Shown in pieces: positions 58,716-64,000 of a stretch of DNA of 64,000 nucleotides (position 1 is the stretch's first letter; every line of letters begins with the position of its first letter). The stretch is taken from contig JBHGNT010000017.1 in assembly GCA_043228905.1 (NCBI GenBank), forward strand, positions 1,612,001 through 1,676,000. The letters run 5' to 3'. A program made the translations under genes and the position numbers. The stretch is from Azolla caroliniana (Eukaryota; Plantae; Polypodiophyta). The notes under the pieces are model-generated. The model was given only the letters and a program-made list of their open reading frames with translations, had not been told where the DNA came from and did no database searches.

Positions 58716-59312
58716 CTTATAATGCATCATATAGTGATTATGACCAAATAAAGAGATAACATATCTTAGTGACCATAATTTAGATGAGGACAATGATGAC
58801 TCCTTATGGCCCTTAACTTCACTTGATTGTATTCCCACTTCCATGTGGATCCATCCTTACACGATCCACATGCCACCTCGCTTTGTTTATTAGAGTGTAA
58901 GGGAAAGTGAAAAGTCTTGATGTTGATGTTACAAAGACTTGGCATTGGGATAGAAAGGAAGTCTTCGATCAAAGTTCAACCAAATGACAAGGCATGACAT
59001 GGTAACTATGGAAGATGCTATTTTTGAATCGCGTAGACAAATATGATGGCCTTTCAAACAATGCGAACAAAGTTTAATGTACCACATGGATATTGATTAT
59101 AGTTGGCAACCAAATTTGACATTGCAAATTCTATATTCCCCAATTCAAAACATGGTTGTCAAGGAACCACACAAAGATTGGACATTCGGTAGTGAAGTTT
59201 TTAAATTTTGTGGTGCACATTCATGATGTATATTATAACTTTGTTGAAGTCTAAAAATAAAGCTTGGTTAGAGAAGAAGGTATTGGATACATGGCACATC
59301 ATGCGCTATGTT

Positions 59313-59662
59313 CAATGGTGGTGTCAACCTTTAGATCAAGGAAGGAATTCTAATCTTCCTTTTCCTCCAAAGGCGTTTCTTTGGTGTGCGATGGTTGATG
59401 GGCTACCATTGGTGGTGTCAACCTTTAGATCGAGGAAGGAATTCTACTATTCCTTTTCCTCCAAAGGCGTTTCTTTGGTGTGCGATGGTTGATGGGCTAC
59501 CATTGGTGATGGAACATGAGAAATAGGTTGATGGGCTACCATTGGTGGTGTCAACCTTTAGATCGAGGAAGGAATTCTAATCTTCCTTTTCCTCCAAATG
59601 CGTTTCTTTGGTGTGTGATGGTTGATGGACTACCATTGGTGATGGAACATGACAAATAGGTT
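59313..59662. repeat. Three-copy ~95-bp tandem repeat
   Basis: tggtggtgtcaacctttagatc.aggaaggaattcta...ttggtgtg.gatggttgatgg repeated three times. Confidence 0.9.
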
Positions 59663-59759
59663 ATTGTTTGATGGATTTCATGGGGTGCCGCAACCAATTC
59701 GTAGATATTGTCGTTTAACCCGGTTTTCTATTGTCATGGGGAATATTTGGATTGCATAG

Positions 59760-60228
59760 TGTAAAGAATCAGATGTGATTCTTGTGAAGCGGAAGAGATG
59801 TGAGTTATGTGTGTGTATGAGAGAGAGTGAGAGTGAGTGAGAGAGACAAGGAGTAAGACACAGAGAATACGCAAGGTAAAAGTATATTAACAAAGGAGAA
59901 AGACTTAACTCAATACAAGGTGGGAGGAGGGTGCTTTATATAGTCACCCTCTCTCTTCATTAACTTCAAGACTCATGGGCATGGGGAATGTGAAAGCTCA
60001 TAAGTTATGTGTCATAGAATATGATTCTATGACTCATACTAAATGCTAGAATACAAAGAGGTGACATAATGGTGACTCTTGACCGTTGGAGTGTCTATTC
60101 ACTCTTAAGGTGAGTTCACACACTAGACCAAGTTGAGCTTGATTCTCAACACGCCCCCTCAAGCTCAAGTCGGGTCGGTTTCAGACGGTATCTGAAATCC
60201 GCTTCGACTCGCGTTCCGGAGTCCGCGT
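59760..60228 (-). mobile_element. 3' LTR (~59760-60151) and PPT of another D/H-group copia, interrupted by element J
   Basis: gttgagcttgattctcaaca-cgccccctcaagctcaagt is near-identical to the H LTR/PPT junction. Confidence 0.75.
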
Positions 60229-63200
60229 TGTCGTGCCCTTCGGCTCCGGATCGTTGCGTGAGTCGGGTGGGAACCGCCGAGGTTTTTGACTAGGAGGAAG
60301 AGGAATACAACTTAAGGCTAGTTATGAATAATAGGAAGAGAAGTAAGATAGTAATCTCGTGAATCCCACGAGTTTAGTGTATTTTAAAACAATATTTAGA
60401 TTATAAGAGTAATTTAGATGGCAAAATTCGTGAATCCCACGAATATATTAGATTGATCAATTCTTCTATATTAATCAACAACCATATACATATTTTTCTC
60501 CTCATATAAAGATGGAAGAGGCTAAGCATGGCTTCATGCTTTTTCGCTTAAAGTGTCCATGCACACTAAATGTGCATGTGATGTTTTATCATTTTCTAAA
60601 TATAGGGCTCGTGCACGCTAGATGTGCATGAGTCTCTTTTAATGTCACGTGTAAATAAAATATTCACACTCTAAAGAATACATGATTTTTACCTTTTAAT
60701 AAAGGTATGTGTAAATAAAGGTCTTATACGTATTAAATCTATATTTATAACACTAAAGATAAGTTATTGCAATGGTAAAGTTGGGGTTTATCTATGTGGA
60801 GGTGCATGGTTTGAATCCTACCCTATGCACGTGATGAATTCTTTTGATATATTATTTATTTATTTATATGTATCTAAATTCGGATATATTATTTTATGGT
60901 TTTCACGTAGTGTGCGGAATACACTACGACACTCGCCCCCTCCGAACCCGCACATCCTCCGGTATGTGCCAAAGTTCTCGATTCCCCATATCCGTCTTCA
61001 CCCAAAGCTTCCTCCGATTCTCCCCTTATGTCGACTATGAGTTGTAATTCACGTTCTTCGCTTCCCGCATCCCCGTGGTCTTCGTTTGATTGCTCCTCGT
61101 AGTTGGCCTTGGCTTGGATCACATAGGGTTTGTCGTTGGTCCGCTTCTTGAAAATCTTCACCCGCTTCCCGGCTATAGGCACTCGTAGTATTGTTCCATC
61201 CAACTCGGACAGTCGGTACGTTCCGTTGTCGAAGACTTTCCGAACCTCGTATGGCCCGAACCACCTTTTCGCGAATTTCCGCATCGTTGTATGTTGATGG
61301 TCCAAACTACTGTCATAGACGATCACCCAGTCTCCTTCTTCAATCCTCCTCGGTCGTAGTCGGTGCTTTGTGTCGAACCGGCTTTTGTTCCTTAATCGTG
61401 CTTCTTGTTGTCGGCGTATTGCTTCCGCTATGTCTGCCGGTCTTCCCTCTAGTTGTCGTATCCGGACCGCTAGTAGTTCTTCCCGGCTCATCTCTTCCTT
61501 CCACGGTAGCACTGTCCATGTTGCGATCGCGGTTTCCGTCGGCATTACCGGTGCTTGTCCGGTCATGAGTTCTGCCGGCATGTAACCGGTTATGGAGCTA
61601 TGCGTTGTCCGATCCGCCCATAGTGCATACGGAAGCATCTGCGGCCAATCCTTCACCTTTCCATCGCATGCCTTCGCAAGTGCTTTTACGATCGGACTAT
61701 GTCCTCGTTCGATTTTCCCGTTGGCCTCCGGATTGTATGCCGTTGTCAGCGATAACCGAACTCCGTGTTTGGCGAAGAATCCCCTAGCTTTGTCCGAGTC
61801 GAGTTCTCCCCGGTCTGCAATCACTTGTCCTACGCACCCGTACCTGCAAAATACTTCCTCCAAAAGAAATTGGCATACCGCGGAACACGTTTTCCTCCGA
61901 AGCGCTCGACCTTCTACTTGATTCGTGAGATCTTCCCGAGCTAATACCAAGTATTTCTTTTGTCCGATCCCGGTCGGCATGGCCACTATGTCGACCATCC
62001 ACTTGAAGTTGATTGTCGGTGAGAATGTCGGATGTAACTCATCTCGATGTCGAACCCCGGAGTAGACTTGACATTTCTCGCAGCTTTCCGTAAACTCCGC
62101 GATATCTTTGTACATTTTCTTCCACCAATATTTTTGCTTGATCTTCACAAATGTTGCCCATGTTCCTCGGTGTCCAGCCCAATCGGATTCGTGAAACTCG
62201 GACATTATCCGGTTTCGTTGCTCTTTTGTCCCGACTACTCGAAGTGGTATACCATCCGGTCTTTTCGGCGCCCTCCATATTAATCCGTTTTCCAAGAAGA
62301 ACTTTTGGACTTGCCTCTTCTTCCTTCGGATCTCGGCTCTTCTTCCTTTATCGTTTGTTGAGTCCTCGGCCTCTTGTAACATCTTTCCGATCATCAAACT
62401 TTCTCCCTCATATTCTTCTTCCCGAAATTCTCGGATTACGTTCACTCGGGGCATATGTGCTCCGACGCGAAGTAGTCTTCGGAAACTTCTTCATTATCCG
62501 ATTCGGTTATGTCGTCTCCGAACCGAGCCCTTGATAACATATCCGCTACCGCGTTTTCCTTCCCCGAGATGTGTCGAACCTCCGGATTAAGCAACTTGAC
62601 ATATGCAACCCACCTTAGCATAGCTACATTTGGTATCGTACAACACCGCATCATCCCGAGTATCGGAAGACAATCCGTCTCGATCACCACTTCGGCTCCG
62701 ATCAAATAATCCCGATCCGATTTTATCGCCGACACGACTCCCCACAGTTCTCTTTTGACTTGTGCATATCCACGTTGCCTTTCGTTGAGAACCTTTGCTC
62801 CGAATCGGATCGGATACCGCGAACCATCCGAGTCGGCTTGATTGATGACCCACCCGATACCGGTTGGACTTGTATCAACCGTTACTATGATCGGTCGGTC
62901 GTAGCTCGGCTTCTTAAGTGCTTCCGCCCTCCAAAGTGTCTTCTTCAATTTCTTCATGGCTTTGGTGTGTTCCGGTTTCCATTCGAATTTCTTACCTTTC
63001 CGCAACAAGTGGTAGAGCGGGTCCGCTATATGTGCATAGTGCGGAATCCATATGTGATAGAATGCACATGCACCGAGAAACCTTCGGACTTCGGATGTTG
63101 ACTCGCATACTTCCTCCATAGCTTGAATCGCATCTATCTTTGTTGGTGACGGTCTTCGGCCGTAGGGCCCACATAGATGTCCGACCACCAATATTTCTTC

Positions 63201-64000
63201 TTGCCCGAATGCCGATTTCTCCCCGAAAAGTGTTAGGTGCACATCTTCTAGCTTTCGCAACACTTTCTCGCAAGCATGAATATGGTCGACCACGAACTTT
63301 CGGCATCCCCGATCATCCATAGTCTCATCTTTTTCTTCGACCGCGCATCCTTTCATCGGAATGTCATCGAGGAACGGCATCGTTATCTCCGGAATGTAGT
63401 CTCGAAGCACCTTGTTCATCGCGTTCATCATATGAGCAACCGAGTTTGTCGCTCCTTGTGGTAGTGTGCACATTCGGACTAATCCTATCGGTGTTCGCAT
63501 GGTTGTGATGTCTCGGCTCTCCACGGCTAGTTGGAATTGGTCATACCCCGAGTATAGGTCTCCGATGGAGTATATCGCATGACCGGCAAAAGCTTCCGCA
63601 AATTCGTCCACTATCGGACCGACTCCCGAGTTCCGGATCGTGACCTTATTCACCGGTTGCAAGTCTTGGATAAATCGGAGTGACCCATTCTTCTTCGGAA
63701 CCGTAAACCATCGATTTGAGTACGGAGCAGTTGATGGCTCTAGAATCCCCATCGCCACCTTCTCCTTGAGCAAGTCAATGACTTTCGGAATATGCGCCCG
63801 TGGCACCGGAATCGGCTTCAGATTCCACGGTACATGGTCAATCGTAAAGATCACCATCGGCTCCACTATTCTCGGATCGACGCACCCTATCTCCCTTGAT
63901 GTAAATGCAAACGCTTTGCCGTGTTGCTCCAACATCTCGCGAAACCGTTCTTCTTCTTTCTGTAATAGGAACCCACCTCCACCGATCCGAAGATTCTTCC
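60229..64000 (-). mobile_element. Element J: Ty3/gypsy, 3' LTR (~60229-60931), PPT and pol; continues beyond the window
   Basis: tgtcgt...acgaca termini, PPT ggagggggcgag at 60943-60932; RT-RH-INT order. Confidence 0.9.
60889..63935 (-). CDS. pol: Element J pol: RT-RNase H (62442-63935) and integrase (60889-62454) separated by a frameshift at ~62450
   Basis: WFTVPKKNG, DLYSGYDQF, PFLDD, TVDTS; integrase HHCC, IADRGE, WFGPY; no chromodomain seen. Confidence 0.92.

Noticed and set aside
62440-62456. Programmed frameshift between RNase H and integrase of element J
   Set aside because: No slippery heptamer; best explained by a small insertion in a C run.

Overview
Repeat-rich land-plant genomic DNA. 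The TE families and snRNA promoters suggest a non-seed plant (bryophyte, lycophyte or fern); this is inference. The backbone is a small spliceosomal snRNA cluster: two intact U1 genes (663-826 and 38833-38996, minus strand), a U1 3' fragment, a decayed U1 with an intact promoter, and a U2 variant (37753-37947, plus strand). A ~35-kb stack of nested LTR retrotransposons splits the cluster. A degenerate Copia (D, 7664-34242, minus) sits inside a non-autonomous Ty3/gypsy and carries three younger insertions. F (8442-18270, TSD TCCGA) is a Ty3/gypsy with a ~900-aa extra coiled-coil ORF after pol. E (19520-24858, TSD CTTCA) is an intact Tnt1/Tork-like Copia. C2 (27603-33060, 4-bp TSD GCGT) is a gag-only, tRNA-Trp-primed element. 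Further right lie a deleted, chimeric Copia, a frameshifted LRR receptor-like protein gene, a second intact Copia (G, 51616-57068, TSD CTATC), a non-autonomous hAT (8-bp TSD) and a Ty3/gypsy running off the window end. Most notable observations: (i) all U1/U2 promoters have a 21-22 bp USE-TATA spacing, the short geometry that marks Pol III genes in angiosperms; (ii) the env-position coiled-coil ORF and missing PPT of element F; (iii) the Trp-primed gypsy group with 4-bp, CG-centred target sites; (iv) a ~190-aa C-terminal extension and a doubled PPT in Copia D. All coordinates and mismatch counts were read by eye.
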